In this document: piece after piece, positions 1 through 7,062 of the stretch
Layout of the letters: each line of letters opens with the position of its first letter
Numbering within the stretch: the stretch's first letter is position 1
IMG/VR virus record: IMGVR_UViG_2778261450_000009
Span: 1 to 22,489 of that record
Direction: 5' to 3' (one strand)
Source of the DNA: a virus
Taxonomy: Duplodnaviria > Heunggongvirae > Uroviricota > Caudoviricetes
Length of the DNA stretch: 22,489 bases
The notes under the pieces: model-generated
Database searches by the model: none
What the model was told of the DNA's origin: nothing
Seen by the model: only the letters and a program-made list of their open reading frames with translations
Translations under genes and position numbers: made by a program

Positions 1-519
1 CAGCAACCCCGGTATCAGTTCATCCAGCGCGGCTGCTTTGTTCATGGCTTTGATGATATCCCGTTTCAGGAAATCAACATGTCGGTTTTCCAGTTCCGGA
101 AAACGCCGCTGCACCGACAGGGGGATCCCGTCGAGAATACTGGCAATTTCACCTGCGATCCGCGACAGCACGAAAGTACAGAATGCGGTTTCCACCACTT
201 CAGCGGAGTCTCTGGCATTCTTCAGTTCCTGTGCGTCGGCCTGCGCACGCGTAAGTCGATGGCGTTCGTACTCAATAGTCCCTGGCTGGAGATCTGCCTC
301 GCTGGCCTGCCGCAGTTCTTCAACCTCCCGGCGCAGCTTTTCGTTCTCAATTTCAGCATCCCTTTCGGCATACCATTTTATAACGGCGGCAGAGTCATAA
401 AGCACCTCATTACCCTTGCCACCGCCTCGCAGAACGGGCATTCCCTGTTCCTGCCAGTTCTGAATGGTACGGATACTCGCACCGAAAATGTCAGCCAGCT
501 GCTTTTTGTTGACTTCCAT
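1..519 (-). CDS. nu1: Terminase small subunit Nu1, lambda-type; 3' end truncated by the window edge
   Basis: Reverse-strand translation from the ATG at 519 reads MEVNKKQLADIFGASIRTIQNWQEQGMPVLRGGGKGNEVLYDSAAVIKWYAERDAEIENEKLRREVEEL... to the window edge, matching lambda Nu1 as recalled. Absent from the ORF track because it has no in-window stop. The plus-strand ORF 79..618 is its antisense artefact. Confidence 0.9.
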   Translation of the reverse strand, partial: MEVNKKQLADIFGASIRTIQNWQEQGMPVLRGGGKGNEVLYDSAAVIKWYAERDAEIENEKLRREVEELRQASEADLQPGTIEYERHRLTRAQADAQELKNARDSAEVVETAFCTFVLSRIAGEIASILDGIPLSVQRRFPELENRHVDFLKRDIIKAMNKAAALDELIPGLL

Positions 520-539
520 TGTTCATTCCACGGCCAAAA

Positions 540-716
540 ACAGAGAAAGGAAACGACAGAGGCCAAAAAGCCCGTTTTCAGCACCTGTCGTTTCCTTTCT
601 TTTCAGGGGGTGTTTTAAATAAAAACATTAAGTTACGGCGAAGAAGAACGGAAACGCCTTAAACCGGAAAATTTTCATAAATAGCGAAAACCCGCGCGCC
701 TGCCGCCCCGTGGCAG
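540..716. other. cos site: cosB (three R-type Nu1-binding repeats, IHF-like AT-rich spacer) and a cosN-like cohesive-end site at about 697-708
   Basis: Minus-strand sequence upstream of nu1 reads ...CACGGGGCGGCAGGCGCGCGGGTTTTCGCTATTTATGAAAATTTTCCGGTTTAAGGCGTTTCCGTTCTTCTTCG...GAAAGGAAACGACAGGTGCTG...CTCTGTCGTTTCCTTTCTCTG..., closely paralleling the lambda left end as recalled. The 12-nt cohesive-end position reads GGGCGGCAGGCG here versus GGGCGGCGACCT in lambda. Confidence 0.8.
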
Positions 717-1060
717 GCCACCCCACCGGAAGGACCCGCACAAATGAGAGCGTTTATCATTAACATTTACAGATAAGATGACGTACATCATTGAAACGCC
801 ATTCAGCCATATACCGGCAGCATTCGTAGTTGCACTCCGTAACTCTGCGACTAAGGTTAAAAACATGGCCCTCTTTTGCCACCGGCAAATCTTCAATGGA
901 TTTCCCCTGCCGGTTTTTTATTTTCGTCGATGCATAACATTGCATTTACATCAATAGCGGCTATTGTCATTAGTATGTTGCATCAATGCATGGGTGGTAT
1001 TGGCGGTCTTCGCCGGCCGGTTCTGTGTAGCTGCTCCCTGTGACCGGTTTTTTATTTCTC

Positions 1061-1101
1061 ACATTACAGCATCCCCTCAGAGTGAAGGGCTGCTGTAATG
1101 T
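1061..1101. repeat. Perfect 11-bp inverted repeat (ACATTACAGCA / TGCTGTAATGT) with a 19-nt partly self-complementary spacer, immediately 3' of the 1105..1401 gene
   Basis: Read directly from the sequence. No U-tract follows on either strand, so it is not a canonical intrinsic terminator. Confidence 0.5.
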
Positions 1102-1104
1102 CTG

Positions 1105-1401
1105 TTACTCAGTAACTACCGCACCTTCCGGTAATTCCATACCGGCAAATACCGGACAACCAGGATGACGATCAGCTTCTGTTGCTTCCAGCATTGACTC
1201 ACCAAACCACTCCGTCGTGGCACGACCATCAGCTGCTTTGTAGTGGATCAAGTACTGGTTTTCGCCATCCGCATACTGCGCGCGGGCTTTAACCTCACCC
1301 CATTCATCACTGATGCGCATCTCCACCAGTTGAGACAACTCAAACTTAAACGGAACAGCAGCGGCACCAATTGCAACCGGTTTGTTTTCTGTTTTTTCCA
1401 T
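1105..1401 (-). CDS. Hypothetical protein (about 98 aa)
   Basis: ORF-track ORF 1105..1407 begins MMMEK. A GGAG sits directly before the three tandem ATGs, so the third ATG (1401) has the best spacing. Preceded by an intrinsic terminator. No function recognised. Confidence 0.55.
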   Translation of the reverse strand: MEKTENKPVAIGAAAVPFKFELSQLVEMRISDEWGEVKARAQYADGENQYLIHYKAADGRATTEWFGESMLEATEADRHPGCPVFAGMELPEGAVVTE

Positions 1402-1414
1402 CATCATCTCCAGA

Positions 1415-1441
1415 TATAAAAAAGCCCCGCATTTGCGGGGC
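1415..1441 (-). terminator. Rho-independent terminator (minus strand)
   Basis: Stem GCCCCGC / GCGGGGC with a 4-nt loop, followed on the minus strand by TTTTTTAT. Lies downstream of the 1464..1679 gene. Confidence 0.65.
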
Positions 1442-1463
1442 TACAAACAGGCATCACAGCCAG

Positions 1464-1679
1464 TTAGCTAAGTCCGACAGACATAAAATCATCACTACCT
1501 AAACGATGGGAACCATAACGAACTTCATACTCCCCATTCAATTCAGAGCGTTTAGACTTTGCGCCATCCTCCGTTGCATAAATGCCGACCAGATGCCAGG
1601 GTTTGTCACGTACTACAGCCCAACCAAGAACCCATCCCTGATTATCAGGATCAGCCTTCAGGTTATTTTCTACAAACAT
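1464..1679 (-). CDS. Hypothetical protein (71 aa)
   Basis: Internal ATG at 1679 (MFVENNLKADPDNQGW...) preceded by AAGGAG at about 6-nt spacing. The ORF-track start at 1709 lacks an RBS. Confidence 0.6.
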   Translation of the reverse strand: MFVENNLKADPDNQGWVLGWAVVRDKPWHLVGIYATEDGAKSKRSELNGEYEVRYGSHRLGSDDFMSVGLS

Positions 1680-1719
1680 AGTGTTCTCCTTTTGGGTACC
1701 CAGAGACATTCTATGTCAT

Positions 1720-1944
1720 TCATGAAACAGGCAACAACGTGGCCGTTACAATCCCCGCCATATTTGCGTTCAGATCACATTCAACAGAAATTTCTTCATC
1801 CGTGGCATCCACTTCATATGTCCGGGAATAACACTCCGTGCATTTACCACTGAAGATATCCTTAACCAGAACACGTCCACGCTGCAAAACCCTGAATGGA
1901 ATCGTTCCGTTAAAGGGCTTTACGGTTACCAGTAATCTCTTCAT
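1720..1944 (-). CDS. Hypothetical protein (74 aa)
   Basis: ATG at 1944 (MKRLLVTVKPFNGTIPF...) preceded by GGAGGGG. The longer ORF-track version has no RBS. Confidence 0.5.
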   Translation of the reverse strand: MKRLLVTVKPFNGTIPFRVLQRGRVLVKDIFSGKCTECYSRTYEVDATDEEISVECDLNANMAGIVTATLLPVS

Positions 1945-2117
1945 ATCCCCTCCGGATAAAAATGCCCCTTGCCGCCCGGGCTGTTGTTCAAAGTTCATCC
2001 TGATTCGGCAAGATTCAGAATGTATAAGACAAATTGGCACACACAGCAGAATTTCATGCTTTCTGGACACTGGCGCATCCTTCATTTTTCAGCGAAATAT
2101 TCTGCTCTTACGGGCGA

Positions 2118-2300
2118 TCAGCTCTGCAGACACTGTCGAACACCGTCGACAATTTCGCAGACCTGAGAAGCCGTATCGAAAAGCTGGCGCGCCTTATCCA
2201 GGCTGACGCACCCCACCAATAAAAAAGGCACCAGTATCGCTACCAGTGCCCATTTTGCCGCCGCTCGCGGCATTCTGTGTGTCCAGTGTTTTCGGCTCAT
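2118..2300 (-). CDS. Small lipoprotein (about 51-60 aa) with lipobox LLVGC; three Cys in the short mature part
   Basis: MSRKHWTHRMPRAAAKWALVAILVPFLLVGC|VSLDKARQLFDTASQVCEIVDGVRQCLQS: hydrophobic signal plus lipobox. Start may be the second ATG at 2273. Not proline-rich like lambda Rz1 and not Bor-like by recall. Confidence 0.5.
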   Translation of the reverse strand: MSRKHWTHRMPRAAAKWALVAILVPFLLVGCVSLDKARQLFDTASQVCEIVDGVRQCLQS

Positions 2301-2301
2301 A

Positions 2302-2415
2302 TCACCACCAACGCACAGCCCAAATCAGAACAGCGACCGCCACAAGGCGAATTGCAAAGGCCGCAGCCCTTGTCAAATCAAGGCTCGCGGGAGTTTCCAC
2401 TTCAATACCTTTCAT
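2302..2415 (-). CDS. Candidate 37-aa protein with a C-terminal hydrophobic segment, directly upstream of the lipoprotein gene
   Basis: Not in the ORF track (under 60 aa). Translated by hand as MKGIEVETPASLDLTRAAAFAIRLVAVAVLIWAVRWW; its TGA stop lies 1 nt before the lipoprotein ATG; GAGG about 9 nt upstream of the ATG. Confidence 0.3.
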   Translation of the reverse strand: MKGIEVETPASLDLTRAAAFAIRLVAVAVLIWAVRWW

Positions 2416-2504
2416 AATGGACAACCTCAAAAAGAATCTTTTATACTTTCCCACGAGGATTTTCTCCGTACTCACTACTCACAATTTCCTCTTTGACGTG
2501 AAAA

Positions 2505-2549
2505 CTAAAAACCCCGGACTGTTCCAGCAGCCGGGGTTTTGTTTTTTTA
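2505..2549. terminator. Bidirectional rho-independent terminator
   Basis: Stem CCCCGG...CCGGGG flanked by AAAAA upstream and TTTTGTTTTTTTATTT downstream on the plus strand, so a U-tract follows the hairpin on both strands. Confidence 0.65.
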
Positions 2550-2828
2550 TTTACTGCCCTGGGTGCGGCATCTGGCTATTTCATTCCTGGCTTTAGTGTC
2601 ACCGCGACAGATACAACGAACCGTGTCACCCGCCAGCGTAGTGATATAGGCCTCATCCGTTTTTTCCACCGAAATGCATGGCACATTTCCATCCCGGCAA
2701 TACTCCACCTGGGCAGCAAGGTGAGTGTTGCGCGGGTAAAATTCCAGGCGATACATATTCCCCAGAACATGCACTTCTTCAACCTGGCGCCCATCTTCCG
2801 TTACCGTGATTTTTTTCAGCGCGTACAT
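2547..2828 (-). CDS. Hypothetical protein (93 aa)
   Basis: ATG at 2828 (MYALKKITVTEDGRQVEE...) preceded by GGAGG at about 5-nt spacing; bracketed by terminators on both sides. No hydrophobic segment. Confidence 0.55.
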   Translation of the reverse strand: MYALKKITVTEDGRQVEEVHVLGNMYRLEFYPRNTHLAAQVEYCRDGNVPCISVEKTDEAYITTLAGDTVRCICRGDTKARNEIARCRTQGSK

Positions 2829-2857
2829 ACGTACCTCCGTTCTTTCGTTTTTTGAGC

Positions 2858-2884
2858 AATAAAAAAGCCGCTCATGGCGGCCCT
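2858..2884 (-). terminator. Rho-independent terminator downstream of the endolysin gene (minus strand)
   Basis: Minus-strand GCCGC-catga-GCGGC followed by TTTTTTATT. Confidence 0.6.
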
Positions 2885-2898
2885 GTATGTTTTGCAAG

Positions 2899-3276
2899 CT
2901 ATCGCTTCAATTGAAAATGTGGGCCGTCTTTAAGCGTCCGCCAGTCCCCGCCCCATTCGATGGCTGTTCCCAGCTCTGCGGCAGCCTGCTTAAATGCCTG
3001 CGCGATTTTCTCGTACAGAGGCCAGTCCCATGACACCTGGCTGCCAACCCAGGCAACAACATCCACCGCATCACCGGTCAGGTGGCGGCTGTTCATGGTC
3101 TGGCTTTTCCCTTCCGCGACCAGCTGTTTCTGGCGTTCTTTCGTGCGCAGCCCTTCCGTAATACCGAAATCAACCTCCGTCAGCTCCAGCGCACGGCGAA
3201 CGACAGCAACCAGCTGTGGTTTAACGCCCTCCAGATTCTTTTCGCTGCGACGACTGAATCTGAATTTACCCGACAT
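2899..3276 (-). CDS. Endolysin, peptidase M15-type (L-alanyl-D-glutamate / D-Ala-D-Ala peptidase fold)
   Basis: Contains SRHLTGDAVDV (SxHxxGxAxD) and a C-terminal GDWRTLKDGPHFQL motif typical of M15 endolysins. The ORF-track start is GTG at 3282; ATG at 3276 has GAGGTG upstream. The upstream gene's stop lies 2 nt before this ATG. Confidence 0.8.
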   Translation of the reverse strand: MSGKFRFSRRSEKNLEGVKPQLVAVVRRALELTEVDFGITEGLRTKERQKQLVAEGKSQTMNSRHLTGDAVDVVAWVGSQVSWDWPLYEKIAQAFKQAAAELGTAIEWGGDWRTLKDGPHFQLKR

Positions 3277-3278
3277 AT

Positions 3279-3554
3279 TCACCTCAATAATGGAAAGATT
3301 TTTGTGACGTTCCCGCGCGCGCGTATCACCAGCACGCAGAACAGCAGATTAAAAAACACTTCAAGCCAGCCCGTTGTTAACGGGCGACCACACAGATAGC
3401 TGAGGGGCGCAAAGGCATACAGCAGCATCAGCAGCCAGGCCAGCCATGACATCAGCGGTTTATGTCTGGAATCACGGCGACGATAAAAAAAGAGCGTCAG
3501 CACGATAACCGTGCTTAACACCACATTCAGTAATCCGGGAAGGTTACTTAACAT
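3279..3554 (-). CDS. Small membrane protein (91 aa, 2-3 predicted TM segments); holin or antiholin candidate
   Basis: MLSNLPGLLNVVLSTVIVLTLFFYRRRDSRHKPLMSWLAWLLMLLYAFAPLSYL... with a strong GGAGGAGG RBS. Sits immediately upstream of the endolysin and overlaps the end of the preceding membrane-protein gene. Confidence 0.6.
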   Translation of the reverse strand: MLSNLPGLLNVVLSTVIVLTLFFYRRRDSRHKPLMSWLAWLLMLLYAFAPLSYLCGRPLTTGWLEVFFNLLFCVLVIRARGNVTKIFPLLR

Positions 3555-3936
3555 TGCCGCCTCCTCCACCCCGCAGGCGGGAGAACAGGCCGGACACCAG
3601 CGATGCAATATCCTGCTGGTGGATGAACGAGAGAATCTTCACCGACACCACCGCCACCAGCACCGCACACAGTGCATCCGCCGATGTACCGTCATAACCT
3701 GTTTTTGATGCAATCCAGGCTGACAGCACATGCGCACCCAGCACGCCAACGATAAACGACACCAGAAAATGCGCCGCCACACGCCAGACAGAAATCTTCT
3801 GTGGTATCGTGGCCACAAACAGCGCCCCTGCGAATGCACCAAACACAATCCCGAAATCCGTTCCGGTAAACAGCCCGAATACCGTCGCCCCACCGAGCGC
3901 CGCGGCCGTGCCGGAACCGGATAAGGGTTCAGACAT
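3544..3936 (-). CDS. Membrane protein (about 130 aa, 3-4 predicted TM segments); putative holin
   Basis: MSEPLSGSGTAAALGGATVFGLFTGTDFGIVFGAFAGALFVATIPQ...; GGAG RBS before the ATG at 3936; Gly-rich C-terminus. First gene of the lysis cassette. Confidence 0.6.
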   Translation of the reverse strand: MSEPLSGSGTAAALGGATVFGLFTGTDFGIVFGAFAGALFVATIPQKISVWRVAAHFLVSFIVGVLGAHVLSAWIASKTGYDGTSADALCAVLVAVVSVKILSFIHQQDIASLVSGLFSRLRGGGGGNVK

Positions 3937-3950
3937 ACTTTTTCTCCTGT

Positions 3951-3976
3951 CAATAAAAAGGGCCACCAGCGGCCCG
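3951..3976 (-). terminator. Rho-independent terminator (minus strand) between the TerB-like operon and the lysis cassette
   Basis: Minus-strand GGGCC-gctggt-GGCCC followed by TTTTTATT. Confidence 0.6.
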
Positions 3977-4023
3977 TAAAAAACACCCTGTCAAAGGTAC
4001 CCGCAGATGCCTTTTGTTTGGTG

Positions 4024-4176
4024 TTATTCATATTTGTGCAGTAAAGGCCAGAGAACGACCATCACCATCGCCACCAGCACGCCATCAGCCAGCACCGACA
4101 TCAGCCGTCCGGTAAAATCCACTGCCACTACCAGAAACAGCAGGATGGCAGCCAGCACAAGGCGCGCACTTTTCAC
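4024..4176 (-). CDS. Candidate 50-aa hydrophobic protein, GTG start overlapping the TerB-like stop
   Basis: Not in the ORF track. Hand translation: VKSARLVLAAILLFLVVAVDFTGRLMSVLADGVLVAMVMVVLWPLLHKYE; GGAG 8 nt upstream of the GTG; ends just before the terminator. Confidence 0.3.
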   Translation of the reverse strand: MKSARLVLAAILLFLVVAVDFTGRLMSVLADGVLVAMVMVVLWPLLHKYE

Positions 4177-4598
4177 AGGTACTGCTCCAGCGGCAACTGC
4201 AGCGCCTGCGCAATTTTCTTGAGCTGTGCTTCTTCATCCGGACCAATGCCATCCTGGTCTGCAATATCCAGACACAGGCACAGCACATCAACCGCTTCGG
4301 CGGTTCCTGCCACATCAGCCAGTTCTCGCAAAGCCTGAGCATTCGCACTACGAGGCGATGCTTCATAACGGGCGCGGATATTCGCGCTCATCTGGGCAAT
4401 CTCACCGGAGAACGGCGCAAAGGCAGGAAGTGCTGCAATGGTTTTCTCCAGTACCGCAATTTCTTTCGCGTCACAGGTGTCGTCAGCGTATGCAATGGAA
4501 TACGCGCCCCAGACGGTCGCCTCCACCGCGTCGCGGTTCTCCATTTTCTTCACTTCAGTAATAGCCTTACGGGTTTTCTTTTTGAAAATACCAAACAT
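4173..4598 (-). CDS. TerB-like (tellurite-resistance TerB / DjlA N-terminal type) domain protein, about 141 aa
   Basis: ATG at 4598 with AAGGAAA RBS. Two copies of the TerB-like pattern (IAYADDTCDAKEIAVLEKTIAAL and CLCLDIADQDGIGPDEEAQLKKIAQAL). The ORF-track start at 4751 is an upstream extension without an RBS. Confidence 0.6.
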   Translation of the reverse strand: MFGIFKKKTRKAITEVKKMENRDAVEATVWGAYSIAYADDTCDAKEIAVLEKTIAALPAFAPFSGEIAQMSANIRARYEASPRSANAQALRELADVAGTAEAVDVLCLCLDIADQDGIGPDEEAQLKKIAQALQLPLEQYL

Positions 4599-4796
4599 CG
4601 TGACTTTTCCTTTTAGTGGGTGAGCCTCGCCCCGGGATGAGCAGCCCACAGAGAAAGTCACACTGACCATCCCGTAAGCTCCCCCCCTGAAAGGCTCTGT
4701 GGTTTTTTGATGTGCGCCGGGCGTGGCGCAGATATGAAAAAGGCCACGCACGTGCGCAGCCTGATAATTTTCTGAATCAGCGGAGTGTCAGCTGGT

Positions 4797-5420
4797 TTAC
4801 CCTTTCACTTCTGAAAGGGATTTTTTGCCAAACGTCACTTCATTCATTGACATAAGTATGCTGTCTTTAATGTATTCGCACACTTCATTAATTTTTGCGT
4901 TGGTATCCACATGCGAAAATGTCCTGGCCTGATAACCATCAACCGAAATCGTCATGTTGTCGCCATCAAGTAACAGAATACTCACTGTAATATTCACACT
5001 TACAGACTGGCGGGGATCATCATCAACAACCGTATATAAATTAAAAGTAACCCCATCCTGAAAATCTACCTGCAAATCCTCCGGTTTCTCACAACAACTA
5101 TCATGAGAAAGATAAACATAGGGATGGGAGTTACCGTCAATATCCAGCCATCGTGGTTTCGGCAATGCCAGTGAGTCTTCATAGGTCTTGACCAGCCTTT
5201 TTGCCATATCCCGCAGTCGCTGGATGTACTCCTGTCTGGCCTCCTGAATTTCAGCCTGCTTTTCCCGAATGTCTGCATATGTGATCACAGTCTCAATTCT
5301 CCTGTATACAGAAAAATAAACCATAATAATAGCCAACCGGGAAAAGATGAAAAATGCCATAACAGAACAGGCATTGCGCACGGATAAAAAAATGCCCGTC
5401 ATGAGACGGGCCCAAAGCAT
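4797..5420 (-). CDS. Hypothetical protein, start ambiguous (ATG 5420, ATG 5360 or GTG about 5288)
   Basis: Long ORF with a coiled-coil-like stretch (REKQAEIQEARQEYIQRLRDMAKRL) and an acidic beta-rich C-terminal part. The N-terminal extension is hydrophobic (MAFFIFSRLAIIMVYFSVY); only the GTG start has a clear SD (AGGAGA). Confidence 0.45.
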   Translation of the reverse strand: MLWARLMTGIFLSVRNACSVMAFFIFSRLAIIMVYFSVYRRIETVITYADIREKQAEIQEARQEYIQRLRDMAKRLVKTYEDSLALPKPRWLDIDGNSHPYVYLSHDSCCEKPEDLQVDFQDGVTFNLYTVVDDDPRQSVSVNITVSILLLDGDNMTISVDGYQARTFSHVDTNAKINEVCEYIKDSILMSMNEVTFGKKSLSEVKG

Positions 5421-5470
5421 TCATCGTATAAGAATTAGACAGCGTTTAATTGTATGGTTACTACCAGAAT

Positions 5471-5504
5471 GATTCGTCAGCCTGCAACGTAATTCTGACG
5501 AATC
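5471..5504. repeat. 10-bp inverted repeat GATTCGTCAG / CTGACGAATC with a 14-nt spacer, inside an ORF-poor region
   Basis: Read directly from the sequence. Confidence 0.5.
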
Positions 5505-5732
5505 ACAGACCCCGAAACAGGCAGCGACTCATTCTGATAAAAACCATCCGATGATACACAACGTTAACAATGTAAAAAACAGCACCGAAACTGTAATCAG
5601 TCAGATATTACAGAATGAAGAACAACAAAGGCGCTTGCAAAACCTGTTCTCCGCGAAACTCGCCAGTGCTGAAACGATATGCCTCATTTGTTTACCAGTG
5701 CGGGTAGCAGAAATTACCCTCACACATAAAAT

Positions 5733-5801
5733 GCTGACTTCCGGAATCACACTGCTGACCGGTTATTACTGAATCAACAAACTGATCACCAGGAAGTCAG
5801 C
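5733..5801. repeat. 10-bp inverted repeat GCTGACTTCC / GGAAGTCAGC with a 49-nt spacer
   Basis: Read directly from the sequence. Confidence 0.45.
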
Positions 5802-5840
5802 ACTGACCTTTCCGGTGGTATTAACACCCTGTGAACACAA

Positions 5841-5859
5841 AACGACCACCTTTAGGTCG
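5841..5859 (-). terminator. Putative terminator hairpin about 110 nt downstream of the methyltransferase gene
   Basis: Stem ACGACC / GGTCGT with a 7-nt loop, followed on the minus strand by GTTTTGTGTT. Weaker than the other terminators. Confidence 0.35.
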
Positions 5860-5968
5860 TCACAAATACTAACAATGATTGTGTGGGCATCAAAAATATA
5901 TTTGGTGTTCAGTTTTAAATATGTGTATACATCTGTATCAGAAATATACAACTTATATCATCACTGAA

Positions 5969-7015
5969 TTAAAAATCTTTCGTTATTTCTCTGACCGTCT
6001 GATTAAAACGTTCCTCTTCCAGTTCCACGCCAATCGCCCTGCGTCCCAGCGACAGTGCCGCTTTTATTGTCGACCCCGACCCCATAAAAAAATCTGCGAC
6101 CAAATCGCCTGGACGGCTGCTGGCAGTAATTATCTGACGCAACATATCCGCCGGTTTTTCACAGGGATGCTTACCCGGATAAAACTGCACGGGCTTGTGC
6201 GTCCAGACATCCGTATAAGGAACGACAGCCGATACGGAAAAATAACGCCGCAGTGATTTGTATTCCTCCAGCAGGCTGGCATATTGCCGGTTCAGTTCGC
6301 TGTATGTGCTGACCAGCTGGTGGTGTGGCTGCTCCAGTTCACCGCGCTGGTGTTTTTCTGTCACCACACGTGCAAACAGCGCCTGCAGTTTACTGTAATC
6401 GGCCTCATTCGGTAACTGCCACTGACTGGTACCAAACCAGTGCGAAGCCATGTTTTTCTTTCCGGTGGCTTCTGCTATCTGTTTTGACGTTATCCCCAGT
6501 GATTCGCGCGCATCACGAAAGTAAGAAATCAGCGGGGCCATGACATGCTGCTTAAGCTCGCGCCCCTTTGCTGCATAACCGTCACTTTTGGGCTGGTATG
6601 GCCCCTGATAATGTTCGGCAAACAGAATGCGCTCTGTTGCCGGGAAATACGCCCGCAGGCTTTCCTTGTTGCACCCATTCCAGCGTCCGGACGGCTTCGC
6701 CCAGATAATGTGGTTCAGCACATTAAAGCGTTCACGCATCATGATTTCGATATCAGATGCCAGGCGATGACCACAGAACAGGTAGAGACTTCCGGCAGGT
6801 TTCAGTACCCGCCAGAACTGTGCAAGACACTGGTCCAGCCATTTCAGGTAATCATCGTCCCCCTTCCACTGGTTATCCCAGCCCTCGGGCTTCACTTTAA
6901 AGTATGGCGGGTCTGTGACTATCAGATCGACAGAGTTTTCCGGTAAGGTCCGGATAAATTCCAGGCAATCAGCGTTGATTAACTCACAACTGGATATTTT
7001 TACAGTATTAGCCAT
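5969..7015 (-). CDS. DNA methyltransferase, beta-class (N6-adenine or N4-cytosine), orphan
   Basis: DPPY catalytic motif (LIVTDPPYF) near the N-terminus and an AdoMet-binding FxGxG motif (FFMGSGST) near the C-terminus, which is the beta-class motif order. No adjacent restriction endonuclease recognised. Confidence 0.85.
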   Translation of the reverse strand: MANTVKISSCELINADCLEFIRTLPENSVDLIVTDPPYFKVKPEGWDNQWKGDDDYLKWLDQCLAQFWRVLKPAGSLYLFCGHRLASDIEIMMRERFNVLNHIIWAKPSGRWNGCNKESLRAYFPATERILFAEHYQGPYQPKSDGYAAKGRELKQHVMAPLISYFRDARESLGITSKQIAEATGKKNMASHWFGTSQWQLPNEADYSKLQALFARVVTEKHQRGELEQPHHQLVSTYSELNRQYASLLEEYKSLRRYFSVSAVVPYTDVWTHKPVQFYPGKHPCEKPADMLRQIITASSRPGDLVADFFMGSGSTIKAALSLGRRAIGVELEEERFNQTVREITKDF

Positions 7016-7052
7016 AGATCAATAAGCACTTCTCTGATAGGCTCATACCGCT

Positions 7053-7062
7053 TTTGCGCAAA
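7053..7062. promoter_or_regulatory. Perfect palindrome TTTGCGCAAA about 40 bp upstream of the methyltransferase start
   Basis: Read directly from the sequence. Its position in the intergenic region between a terminator and the methyltransferase gene suggests an operator or promoter-associated site. Confidence 0.3.

Noticed and set aside
79-618. Plus-strand ORF of 179 aa
   Set aside because: It is antisense to the clearly lambda-like Nu1 coding sequence and the cos site, and its product is low-complexity.
2034-2222. Plus-strand ORF of 62 aa
   Set aside because: TTG start only, no internal Met, and it overlaps the minus-strand lipoprotein gene. A weak hairpin follows it, so it is not fully excluded.
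2246-2596. Plus-strand ORF of 116 aa
   Set aside because: It runs through the bidirectional terminator and overlaps the lipoprotein/TM pair on the opposite strand; no RBS.
3639-4031. Minus-strand ORF of 130 aa (Arg/Trp/Cys-rich)
   Set aside because: It overlaps the putative holin gene in another frame and has a non-protein-like composition; the holin frame has the RBS and TM segments.
5551-5951. Plus ORF 5551..5772 and minus ORF 5766..5951 in the ORF-poor region
   Set aside because: No RBS; the minus ORF uses a TTG start and has AT-rich low-complexity codons. The region is better treated as non-coding or structured.
6325-6946. Plus-strand ORFs inside the methyltransferase gene
   Set aside because: Antisense to a CDS with clear methyltransferase motifs.
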